Source: Paragordius varius (Eukaryota > Animalia > Nematomorpha). From it: a DNA stretch of 64,000 bases. Shown here one piece after another: positions 26,117 through 37,856 of the stretch. Under the pieces are notes generated by a model. The model saw nothing but the letters and a program-made list of their open reading frames with translations, ran no database searches and was not told the DNA's origin. Each line of letters starts with the position of its first letter. Within the stretch, counting starts at the first letter, position 1. The stretch lies in NCBI GenBank assembly GCA_964247055.1, contig OZ176056.1, forward strand, positions 9,300,001-9,364,000. Reading direction: 5' to 3'. The translations under genes were made by a program, and so were the position numbers.

Positions 26117-26989
26117 TAAAAATTGGTTTCTCATTGTAATATGCCAGAAAATTTAAAATCAATTTTTGTATAAATTTAAAATTTGACGATCTTTTATACA
26201 ATTTCTTCAATAAAAAACAAAATGATGCAAAAAGCTTGTTTTAGATGGTGTGTGCTCCTACTTATACAAACAAAAATTTCATCAGAGACGCTAATTAATG
26301 TGTTATAATTAGAAAACACTAAATAAATATATCAGCCAGTCACGTTTCAAGTGTTTAATTGATATACGATAACCTTATATCGAAATTTTTTATATTACGA
26401 AATCTCTATAACCCGTAACTAGCAGATAAAATGGAGATTTCAATAGGTTTGACCTTGGCCATTATTTCGATAAGCAAGCAAACAGTGGCAATTATATTAA
26501 GATCAAATATTTGCACATATTCACAAAAAGGCAATTGTGTAATAACAGTCGTTTAAGGGGTAAAAATTATATATATGAAGTATACATTGGGCATAAGAGA
26601 ATTGAGGGATGCTTACTGTTTTTTAACGCTTAAAATCATTAATTTGACTTTATTGCATGTTTTTTATATTATTATAGTAAAATTTGTAATTATCCGGACG
26701 AATTTTTAAACCAACAGACAAATTTTTTTATAACAGATATATGGTTAAAATCAAAAGATTAAAATATTTAATATTCGGACTGTTTTTTATATGGACAAAT
26801 TTTTTTTATACGGACAAAAAAACGGACGACATCTAAATATTGATAGATAATAACCCTATGAGTTCTAGGCGGCTAAATGTTTACTATGGATTATTTAAGG
26901 AGTTTTAAAACTATAACATAGCATTTGATATTCACCGACTTTAAAATTACGATTTTTGATTACATTAATTAAGATACAATACTCTTTTT

Positions 26990-27400
26990 AATAAAAAATA
27001 TATTAAATCCATAAAAATAACATTTATAGTCCGATCTCAAAAATATTTGGGGTGATGATGGAACTACCAAAGGGCTACCCAAAAAAATTATCACGACATC
27101 ACCAGATTAAATTTGGATTTTAGGTAGCCATTTTTATTTTTAAAATTGTATAAATTTTGTCAATATTTATAAAATTCATAAAAAATACATTTATATTCCG
27201 ATCTCATAAATATTTGGGGTGATGATAGAACTACCAAAGGGCTACCCAAAAAAACATCCAATGATAGTTAAATATTTACTTTCATAAGGGAGAGCTTGAT
27301 ACCATCAATGTGAACACAATTTTAAAATACTTTTAACCATAATTTCGTAAAATCTCAAATTACATCCAATGATAGTTGAATATTAACTTTCATAAGGGAC
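26990..27400. repeat. Short local direct duplications
   Basis: ccgatctca..atatttggggtgatgat.gaactaccaaagggctacccaaaaaaa occurs near 27030 and 27198. catccaatgatagtt.aatatt.actttcataaggga occurs near 27255 and 27362. Confidence 0.75.
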
Positions 27401-27556
27401 AGATTAAATATGGTCAATTTAGAGTAAACAATGTTTAGTCCTATGCAAAAACCCGTAAAAGAATAATTTGAGAGATTTTTTTATTTAATTTTCATTATTT
27501 TATCTCCATTACCTCTATTATTGCAAATTATTAAGATAAATTATCAGCGAAACCAG

Positions 27557-28941
27557 CAGTGGCGAAACTACAGGAAGATAGGTGCGGGGGATCCAAAAAC
27601 AGGGGCCCTTTTTTTATTATTTATATTAAATTTGGGCCCCATTTCTATTTTGCAGAGGGGGGGGGCAAAATTTAATACCTTTTTTTATTTACGTATATGT
27701 AATGATTGCCTTATTGTAAGTATAACGGCAAATAAAAAAGAGAATTATGGATTAGGCTGAATCAGTATTAATTTGCTGATATTGCATCATATCATTCTGA
27801 AAAAGAGAATTATTATTGATTGAAAGGAAGAAAAAGCAAAAAACTGCATTTTTCCACTATCGCAATAAACGGTTTTATTGGTTGATTATTCCTAAGTCGT
27901 AAACGACTTTTTGGATATATTTTCAGTATCGCTTATAATTAATAAATAACTTTAAATTACCTCCAGTTAGCATCCTAAAAAAGGGAATATAAAAATAAAT
28001 AAATGATTATAGATCGTTGACACCAAAAAATAAGGTAAGCTTATAAATTTTCAAGTCCATATTTTGTTATAAAAATTTATAGTATTACAGTTTTATGAAA
28101 ATTCCCAAAATTGTGAGAAATAAAATTTCATTTGCAATAATATAATTCATATAGCGTAAAAAATTTGTTTTTTAATGTAATGCGAAAGACCATATTTTAA
28201 TTTTTATGAGGAAATGGGTGCATGTAAATTAATATTAGTGAGTTAAAGGAAGAAAGAGCAAAAAATGCATTTTTTCACTATCCATTAAATTTTAGCCATA
28301 ATGATATTGTCTGTTCCTTTATTAATTTCTGGCAGTAACACTTCGATTCAAATTGGGGCATATAAATATTTCAGACTAATTTAAGTTGATATTTAAAAAA
28401 TACTGAAGGAACGGTTCCAATTTAAAATTATTCCGCTATCTTAATATATATTGTATAAATATGTCGAAATATATAAAAAAGTTCCATATCAAACTACTTC
28501 GACACCATTTAACATTTTTGGAAAATATGGTGTTTATTTAATTTTATAACTAAAATTAAAGCTTATATTTTATTTTCACTTCTAACATTGGTGGAAATAT
28601 AAAAAGTAGTTTATTATGTATTATTTTTAAATTTATCTAATGCACACATGTCATATTGACGAATTTTTACTTTCAGTTTTACCTTAGTTAAGATTGAGGA
28701 ATTGGCGGTGTTAAGGTGGGCGGGTGGTTACTAACCATCATATATAAAAATATCAGGAACGTAAAACTTTTAGAGGATGCCAAGTCATGTGATATTTTTA
28801 TTTTATATACAATATTTCTTTACGAATCTAAGCGATGCGCCAAATGAAAAGATAACTGCAAACGATTTTTTTTTGGTAGGGGAAGGGGGGGCCAGTATTT
28901 ATATCCTGCGGGGGGGCTTACAATTTATAGTTCCGCCACTG
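27557..28941. mobile_element. Non-autonomous hAT-type element
   Basis: 14-bp TIR CAGTGGCGAAACTA / TAGTTCCGCCACTG with one mismatch, flanked by an imperfect 8-bp duplication gaaaccag / aacaccag. An internal segment 28339-28430 recurs inverted at ~50037-50130. Confidence 0.7.
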
Positions 28942-29183
28942 AACACCAGCTGCTTAATTTATTATATTTCAAAAAGTTTATATTTTAATTTTATTTTTGG
29001 GTTGCACTACGTGTAGTGTTCCGAATATTTTAATAGCTGAATGATAATCCCAAAATTAATACTTTTCAAGCCTAATTTTTTATTTCCTAAATGCCTCTTT
29101 ATTTTTTTTTATAACTAAGCTAAATGTTTTCTATTAAGGTTTTTTAGTTAATACAAGTAACCCTTTATAATATATATATGTAA

Positions 29184-29937
29184 CTAGCGTAAATCTCGTG
29201 CTACTACGCAGCCCGAGGAAGTGCTTCGGACTTCCGGGGGGGGGGGGGGGGGGAGAGGTTATTTGAAAAAAGGGACAATAAAATGATCCACATATGTGGA
29301 TTATTTCGAAACATTATTTAATAGCTATGATCTCATAGGAATTTTACAACAGTGCATTTATACATTTATTGTTTACTTGGGGGAAAAAATAGATTTAAAA
29401 AAATATTTATACATATGATAGAAACTCTTAACTCAGCGGCTATCATCAAAGAAACGCATGACTAAAATTTTTGCCTTTTAACAGGGAATACGAAAAATCC
29501 TTATCGAATTTTTACCGTCTCATACCTTGGGCAAAAAAATACAATCAAAAAATTATTTTTGTTGTTTTTGTTTTTTTTGAAAAAATGACATTTTACGGGG
29601 GTAGCGGGTAAAAAGAGGACCTTAATCAAAAAAGTGAGTCGACTATGTTCGGCGCGATCGAAAATAAGTAAATAAAAATCATATTTGAAATTGAATGGTC
29701 CAACACGTTCTCCGGAAAATTGTCTCAAAGACACGATTTTTGTGGACTTCTGTTTTCAAAAAAAAAAACCGTTTTTCACACGGAGTGGGCCCGAACTGGG
29801 GGCCTATTTCAAAAAAAGGGCAAAGCTATTGTCGGGGCATTCATTAATGATTATATTTTTTCGAAGTTTAATGGGTCTACCGGTTTTCCTGTACCAGATC
29901 ACAAAGCCAGCATTTTCCATTATTATAAATATATAGA
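29184..29937 (-). mobile_element. Non-autonomous Helitron
   Basis: Minus strand begins A|TCTATATATTTATA and ends CACGAGATTTACGCTAG|T. This matches the Helitron signature of 5' TC, 3' CTAG and A/T insertion with no target duplication. It is homologous to 34204-34780. Confidence 0.8.
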
Positions 29938-32429
29938 TTGTAATACTCCATATTTATTAATTCATTTAACTTTACATTAAAAAATATAAAGCTAATAGTC
30001 TATAAAATATTTTAAGGTTATTGTTTTATTCAACTCCCACTTTCAAAAACGTTAATTTTACTTCATACATATCAGGGTTTATACCTTTTATTAATACTCT
30101 TAATTTGTTAAATTCCTTTAACTTAAACAATACTAAAACATTTTAAAGATGTATACATATGTATAGATACAGTAATATGACCAGATAGGCTGTTTTTCGC
30201 TGTACAGTACTGGGTTTTCGAAAAACAATTGCATCTGTACTGAGCTAACTTTTGTACTGCTTTTTTAATGTTAAAAATCATAAATTATCAATTACCTTTT
30301 ATCTATACAAAAATATTGTAGAATAGATTGAACGCCTTTGTTAAAATAATCTCAATTCGTAAAATATAAATGGTTCGTTTTGCGTTAAAAATGTAGGATT
30401 GGCCTATTTGTAATTAGTTAATAATTTATTTTCTGCTCGAATTATACATGAAGAGGGTTTGGGACAAGTGAAACCACTTATGAATGCAGCTATTTGCGCA
30501 GAACCGGAAACATAAATCCTAGACTTCACGCATTTAGGCTTATGGTCTTTCACTCTTACGTAAATGAGGCCTTTAAATTTATAATTATTACAATGAATTT
30601 ATGATATGATATTTAAAATTTGATCAAGTTTTATTTTTGCCATTTACGTTTTAATTATTTTTAATTTTGTTTACTTCATAAACAAAGGGAAAATTATCCG
30701 TAACATATTTTTATATTGATTATATATGCGTCCAAAATCGAGGGGTTTAATAAAATAGCCTGATGAAATATATATTCTAAAAGGCAAATGTATCAGAATT
30801 ATGGTCTTTTGGTTTTGCGTACGAATGATTTATGAAAGTTATTTACACTTTTGTGGTAACTGCTCCATATCAAAAAATGGGAAATATTTTTTGATAAAAG
30901 CTTAATGCCTTCTTCGAAAAAATATTTCTAAAATATATGATAAATTACACGGAAACAGAAAAACAACATTTTTATAAAATTTTAATTTGTAGATGTGGGG
31001 CTCCGTAAGTCCAAAATTTTTCGCCCTTCTAAAATGGGCTAACCATATAAAAAATAAACGCAAAAATGCCAGATCGCAATAAAAATTTTAAACTATGCTA
31101 GATTTTAACATCAAAAAAAGATTTTCCGAAAAATGGGTATTTTGCTAAATTTAAATTATAGCAAATATTTTTTCAAACGTACTACATACTAAACGCCTAA
31201 GATATTATAGAATCACTTTTTCTATAAAATTCTAAGATGCTGAACCTCTCCGACACCTCTTTGATTAAAGGTTCCTTTGCTTAAAAATTTAAAAAGTTTA
31301 TATTTAACAATTCGAAAACAAACGAGCGATAGAAATGTTCAACACCATCGAATTATAAAAAAGTGTTTTAAAGCGTTTTTATACTGTTGCCACCATGTTT
31401 CAAAACACGGTAAAACTTCACCGTAATTTCGATTTAAATTAAATTTTTAGATAAAAAATTCAGTTTTTTAGGAAAAAACTTTTTTGGATGTCAAAATTTG
31501 TTATATATATTTTATTGCTCAATCCTAACATTTTTGCTTTTATTTAAAAACCAATCATTTTAGAAGGGCGATATGGAACTTTCAAAACCTATATAAAAAA
31601 ATGTTTTGCTTTTGATATATAGTTATGATATTTTAAAAATATTTTTGGAACGAATAATTTAGCTTTTGCAAAAAAATTGTATTTAACAAAAAATGCGCTG
31701 ATTTTCATTTTCTGGTACAAAGCAGTTGCCACAGAAAATAAATTTTCTAAACTCAGAGGGGACAAACCAAAAGCATGATAATCCTGATAGTTTTCATATC
31801 AAAATATATAAAAATTATCAGTATATTTTGTGTACACTGTGTATATGATTTCTATAACCTTTTCCGGATATTCCTCAATTTTTTTTCCTATGCGTTAATT
31901 TGTATCCAGTTTTTTATTTATTTTTTGTGTAAAAAATTTAGCTTCAATTTCATAATATGACAGTTAGAAAAAATTTACTTCACAACAAATAAATTTTTTA
32001 CTGGGTCAAGGTTCAAAGATCTGGTCGCATTAATTTACAACAAAAATTCATATTATACGACGACAAATATTTTTCTTATAAAACCGTGGTTTATTACTAA
32101 CTTTCTTGGGTCGATAACGGGATGATTGGTACATTTTTAATAAAATTCACGATTCCGATTGTATAGTATACCATTTGCACTTCAAGAGTATCCTTGAACA
32201 CTTCAATTTGGTCCTTAAACGGTTCAAGTTGGTCTTGAACATTTCAAGTTGGCCCTTAAATAAGGTGACCAGGTTTTTTAAAGGAAAAAGCGGGACAAAT
32301 CTGAGAAGGGGGGGGGGGGGGGGGTTATGAGGTGGGGTGGACAACCAAAAATTTTTATACAAAAAACTTATTGTAGTATTTATTTATTTTTAACACAAAT
32401 ACATTATAAATATAAAAAAATATTTAATT

Positions 32430-34150
32430 CCTTGGTATATTTTTAATTTGAGTGAGTGCGTTTTAGCAGATTGCCATCATTTTATAAAATATTGTAGAAG
32501 TCTTCACAAGAATTTGTCAAATTATATTTGACAGATAAAATGGTAAAGTTTAAACATTTACATTTGATTTTTCCGATGTCCACATCTGATTTACTGTGGA
32601 AAAAACGCGCTCAGTAGCAGCGTTGGTTCCACGTAAAGATAATGCAAATTCTACAATTTTTAAAATATTGTATGGAACATAGTTTGTTTCAAAATGATGA
32701 AATATTTCTAACCATTTCTTTTCGACTGTATTTTTTTCTGTTGTCCATAATTTAAGTTTTTCATTATTAATATATTTTATAACTAATGATATTTTCTGAA
32801 AGGTTATTTTGGGAATTTTTGGGAGATGCAGATGTAATCAAATGATTTTGAACATCGCACCAATTAAATTCTGGTTTTAATGTTCTCCAATGAAAATGAT
32901 CAGTTTCAGTTATTCGCACCGTCCAGTCTTCCAAATAATCTTTATAGTTTGTATAAAACATTTTTATATGGTACAGGATATCTTGGGGTATTATTAAGCC
33001 TTGTTTTTCTAATTATAATATTGTGGATGGTTACTGGTATAAAATTATTTTATAATCTTTCTTGACACTGGAATTTTAGGTTACTAATTCATTGGCTACT
33101 TTGGTTGCCGAAGTTTTGTCACTTTCTATCAATTTAATAACATTTAGAAAGAGAGAAGCTTGATTATGTAGGAACTCTAACCATATTGAAAAATCACTTT
33201 CAAAAAACTTTTCCAAAGTTGTAATACATTTGTCCTGTGATAAAAAAATAGGATATTAAAGGATCATTTTTTAAATTTCCTTCGATTGGCAGAAGAGTAA
33301 AACCAACGAGTTTTTACAATATCCAAGCATTTTTTAATATTGAACTTCTGTTGCACAGAATTTCTTAAGCGTTTCAACGCGTACCGTGTATATAAAAATA
33401 GGAATATACCTTAACAACTACATTTTCCACATCTAGGGGTAACAAATCAGCACCTGTTTGAATAGCGTTGTGTGTTATACGCGCTACACACCCAACGTCA
33501 ATAATGGATTATTGTCTGCTAATTACTGAAAATTATTTTTTGTTCCCCTCCTTTTTTTCCACCGAAGTTCGTATTGGTGTTGTCACCGCAATATGCGATG
33601 ATTTTGTCTTTTAAATTATTTTTTCATAGAATATTCATTATTGAAGTAAAATTATGTCGGAATTTGCACCGGGTAGAGAAATAAAATTTAAAATTTACTC
33701 CGGTTTCTGGACCAAAATATTTTATTAACGTGGGAAATATTTTTTTTTCCTGATGTGATACATCGGAGTATGTAATTTTCAGGAAATCTTTTTGTATTCA
33801 GAAAATGCATGTGGCGAAAGGACAATGCATACAATGGCTTCAGCCTTTGTGCGGCGAATAACATGTGAGGTACAATCCATAGATCTAAAGGAATGATTGT
33901 GATTAACGGCGTGAAAAGATAACACGCCCTCAGCTAGTGCCAAATTATTTTCTTCCTCTCCAAAAGCGGTTTTACGATAAAAATCGCTCATTTTGTAAGA
34001 TGATGCCACCATATCTAACATTTTTTATGTTTCTGTGTTTCCATATGCTTTGTAATATCATGCTTACCGCCATGTGGTATGGTGAACCCCTAACATAAAG
34101 CATTTAACAAATGATTCATTCTTCGTTTTTTTGATAAAAGGAAATTCTTT
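32430..34150 (-). pseudogene. hAT transposase remnant
   Basis: Frameshifted pieces include BED-finger-like FTIPHGGKHDITKHMETQKHK (~34030-34090), AEGVLSFHAVNHNHSFRSMDC and FYTNYKDYLEDW. The hAT C-terminal dimerization motif GTNAATERVFSTVNQMWTSEK is at ~32570-32635. Confidence 0.85.
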
Positions 34151-34203
34151 CATTAAATCATCGTTAAATTTACAACCTCTTTTTGTACTTAGTTTTAAAT
34201 TAA

Positions 34204-34780
34204 TCTATATATTTATAAAAATGGAAAATGCTGGCTTATCTGGTACCGGAAAACCGGTAGACCCATTCAAATCCAAACTTCGAAAAAATATAATCATTAA
34301 TGAATGCCCCGACAATATGAAATAGGCCCCCAGTTCGGGCCCATCCCGTGTGAAAAACGGGTTTTTTTGAAAACAGAAGTCCATAAAAATCGTGTCTTTG
34401 AGACAATTTTCTGGAGAACGTGTTGGACCATTCAATTTCAAATATGATTTTTGTTTACTTATTTTCGATTGCGCCAAACATAGTCGTCTCGCTTTTTTGA
34501 TTTGATCCCTCTTTTTACCCGCTCCCTTCGTAAAATGCCATTTTTTTTCAAAAAACAAAGTCCACAAAAATAATTTTTTAAATATATTTTTCGCCCTATT
34601 AAACAATATATTAGTATGAATGCTCCGTTTTAAAATTCCTATAAAATCATATCTTTTAAAAAATGTTTCGAAATAATCCACATATGTGGATCATTTTATT
34701 GTCCCTTATTTCAAATAGCCCTCCCCCCAGAAGTCCGAAGGACTTCCTCTGGCTGTGTAGCAGCACGAGATTTACGCTAG
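34204..34780 (+). mobile_element. Non-autonomous Helitron inserted in the hAT element
   Basis: A|TCTATATATTTATAAAAATGGAAAATGCTGG ... GCACGAGATTTACGCTAG|T; an internally shorter relative of 29184-29937. Confidence 0.8.
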
Positions 34781-36404
34781 TATTAATATAAAAAAATATT
34801 ATATTACCTTAATTTTCTGGAGTAAACGTATAAGCTACCGATTTGTGATATTAATTTGTCTTTTTGATAATGTTGGCAGTAGGATTAGGAAGCAAAGTGT
34901 ATAAACATATAATATAAATTTGAAAAAATAAATATTTTTAATTTAAAAATAAAAAACTTTAATTTAAAATTGATACAGATTTAAAGATAACTAATGATAA
35001 AAAATTTAAACGGATAAAAAAAATAAATTTTTTATAAAAAATTTAAATGTATTTGAAATTTTTTTTATATATAATCGTAAAAACCGGGACATTTCAAAAA
35101 CGCAGCGGGACGCGGGACAAAGTGGGAAAAGGCGGGACGTCTGGTCACCTTACCCTTAAACCCTTCAAGTTGGTCCTTCAACACTTCAAGTTGGTCCTTT
35201 AACTTTTATCAATCAAATCGTAAATCATTAATGTATTTTATCGTTTTTAACCTTTATTCTATTATTTAACATATATTTTAAAACAATATCAACTTTTGAT
35301 AATTAAGTAACCGTATATCTTCATTAAGTTCATAATTGGATATTTATAAAATTTTAACATGTAATTAAAAAATATATAAGTTTTTTTGGGCTATTATTTA
35401 CAATTTTTCATTAAAAACTTTTAAAAGTTAATTATTTTCTTAAATTGGAAAAAAGTTTTGAAATATAAAAGTGGTTTTTGAATAAAATTTTTTATTTTTA
35501 AATGAATAATATAATAAATAAATAAAATTAGGTTAAAAAACAATAAAATAAAAAAATACATGCAAAAATTATGTTAAATCAAAATTTAAATATTTTAAGG
35601 GCCAACTTGAAGTGTTCAAAGACCGACTTGAAGTGTTCAAAGGCCGACTTGAAGTGTTCTAGGACCAATTTGAAGTGTTTAAAACTTGAAATGTTCAAGG
35701 ACCACCTTGAAGTGTTCAAGGACACTCTTGAAAATAGTATATATATTATGCAACTTCAATGGGGAAAGTTTCAAACATTTAGTTAAAAATTAATTCTAAC
35801 TCTGAGTTTTTCGCTTTTAATATGCCATATCTTCCTATGCAATAAATTGTCTTATTTTTAACTTAATTTTTGTAAAAAAGTCCGATAAAACCATAAATTA
35901 ATATATTTTAAAATTTTTGCTTTTATTTAAAATCCAAAAACAGATCACTTCTTTTATTTTTATCTTTATAATTTTCAATACAACGAGATATAGGCACATG
36001 ACTAATTAAATATACTATATCATTAAAATCAGTGAGGCAAAAAACAATTGTTTGCATTGCGACATACATCGGTGGTGACCTTGACAGTTTAATTTTTCCG
36101 TTGCCTTATAAGTAAATAAAAAATAAATTTTACATTAAAATGAAACAGGCTTTTTTTATCTCAATCAATTAGGATTGATAATAATTGATGTTTAACACCG
36201 GTCAGGAGTTGTGTTAAAATAAATATTTAAATATCATCTAATTTTGATTGTGATAGCAATTAACAACGGGCCAAATGCGGAAGTAGGATTCTTATATATT
36301 TAAATATAGAGTTAGTATAAACATTGGAGTGTTTTCGATTTTTTTTATTTTAAATTTTAATTCAAATAATTTTTTTACAGAATTTCATCCTACCCCCGTA
36401 AACC

Positions 36405-37856
36405 ATGTATCTAGCTGCTATCTTTCTTATTCTGAGCATTATCTCAGGCCAATGTTTAACTCAATCAGGTAAAATAAATTTATAATGATTAACATGTTTA
36501 ATGGGTGAAAAATGTTATTGTAAGAAATCAATGTTTAAAAATAGATTTGGAAAAGAAATGTACTTTGTTTGAGACATCCGAAAAAGGTATTCAAATGTTA
36601 GACATGTGCGTTCTGTCAGTCAACCCCGGCCTAAATACTTATTCTATCTTGATATTTTTTCAGGATCCTAGAAATCTTCAAAATTTTAGGAAAAATATTT
36701 ATTACATTTATGCTTATTACAACTCATCTCATCTCTATGAAGGCGCTTCTCTTAAATCTGGTAGTATAGGACAAGTATAAATCTTAAATAAATTTAATTA
36801 AATTTATTTTGCTTATTTATTTACATCTTTATAATATTTTGTTTAGCAAACTCAATTTGATATCAAGGGACTTACTTTGTCCACCGAGTATATGATTAAG
36901 GTTCAACCTTCTTATCACAATTTACCGCTAATTGGGGCATATTCAGCTTATAAACGCATATCAGGTAAATTATTTAGAAGTAGGCTAGTTTGATCATAAA
37001 GCTTTTGAATTATTGGCATTTTCGAGTTATATTATATTTATTTACATATTTATGGTGTAGTTAGTCTTAACGATGCAGGTCATTATGTTCTTAATCAGGA
37101 AGGTAAAATATATTAAAGTTTTTATTTTTACGTGTATTATTCTAATAACATTGTTTAAAATTTTTAGATTTGTCCAGGTGGGTGGTCAAAATAAAGGCTG
37201 TTTCCCTAATTAACGGCACAACTGCTGCAAACACGAACTCGCTAGATTTATTAGTTTTCCTTGCCAACCCCTTAATTGATGATCCTGAAAAAGCTAAAGA
37301 AATATATGGCCTGGATATTTTATTGAGTAGCCCGGGGAGAGATATACCAAATAAAAAAGGATTTATTTCGGTATATTTTTTATTATAGTTTTTCATTATA
37401 TGGAAAAATTATTCCGAACCCATTAATATTTAAGGTTTTTATAAAAATAGAGATCAAATATTATGCACTTATTTAAGTGTTTAATTAAAACATATGGTTA
37501 AATGACATTAAATAAAGGCAGACAAACTTATTTAAACTATGTCTGGCTGGTTTATTATTTGTCTTTTACAATGTGAAATTATACTATCAAGACATATATT
37601 TTTCAAACGCATAAATATTTTGTCATCAATTTTTAGTGTTACAAATTCTTTTATTTTTATTCATACACAAAATTTTTATGTAATTATATAACTAATGTGG
37701 ATTTCTTTTTAGGCCCTTTCTGATAATTATCGCTTCCCATATGTTTTGCCCAATACAGAATACGAGGTTATGGTTAGACCGGTCTTTCGAGATCAGGAGG
37801 CCGCTTCCACAGAAGCAACTTCTCATCGTGTTTACGTTCAAACGAATCAGTGCTAA
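36405..37856 (+). CDS. Secreted protein with two fibronectin type III-like domains, 252 aa
   Basis: Exons 36405-36468, 36545-36774, 36847-36964, 37168-37370 and 37713-37856, all GT-AG and phase-consistent (759 nt including the stop). The signal peptide is MYLAAIFLILSIISGQC. FN3 tyrosine-corner motifs are FDIKGLTLSTEYMIKVQP and YRFPYVLPNTEYEVMVRP. No transmembrane segment. Confidence 0.8.

Larger units (their letters stand above)
32261..35152 (-). mobile_element. hAT DNA transposon, decayed autonomous copy
   Basis: Perfect 12-bp TIR TAAGGTGACCAG / CTGGTCACCTTA and perfect 8-bp target duplication CCCTTAAA (32253-32260, 35153-35160). Confidence 0.95.
32169..35739. mobile_element. Foldback MITE (family C) with 21-bp subterminal repeats, split by a hAT insertion
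   Basis: Ends TA|TACCATTT... and ...AAATAGTA|TA. The 21-bp unit ccgacttgaagtgttcaagga is inverted at 32180-32260 plus 35161-35200 and direct at 35600-35730. Confidence 0.7.

Noticed and set aside
29501-34681. ORFs 29501-29980 and 34205-34681
   Set aside because: They are chance frames within the non-autonomous Helitrons and show no RepHel motifs.
29184-34780. A single 5.6-kb transposon with ~600-bp TIRs
   Set aside because: Each arm has its own complete Helitron 5' and 3' ends, and the right arm lies inside a hAT element that extends beyond it.
35200-35220. Satellite-like ttttatcaatcaaat inside foldback family C
   Set aside because: A single 15-bp AT-rich match is compatible with chance.
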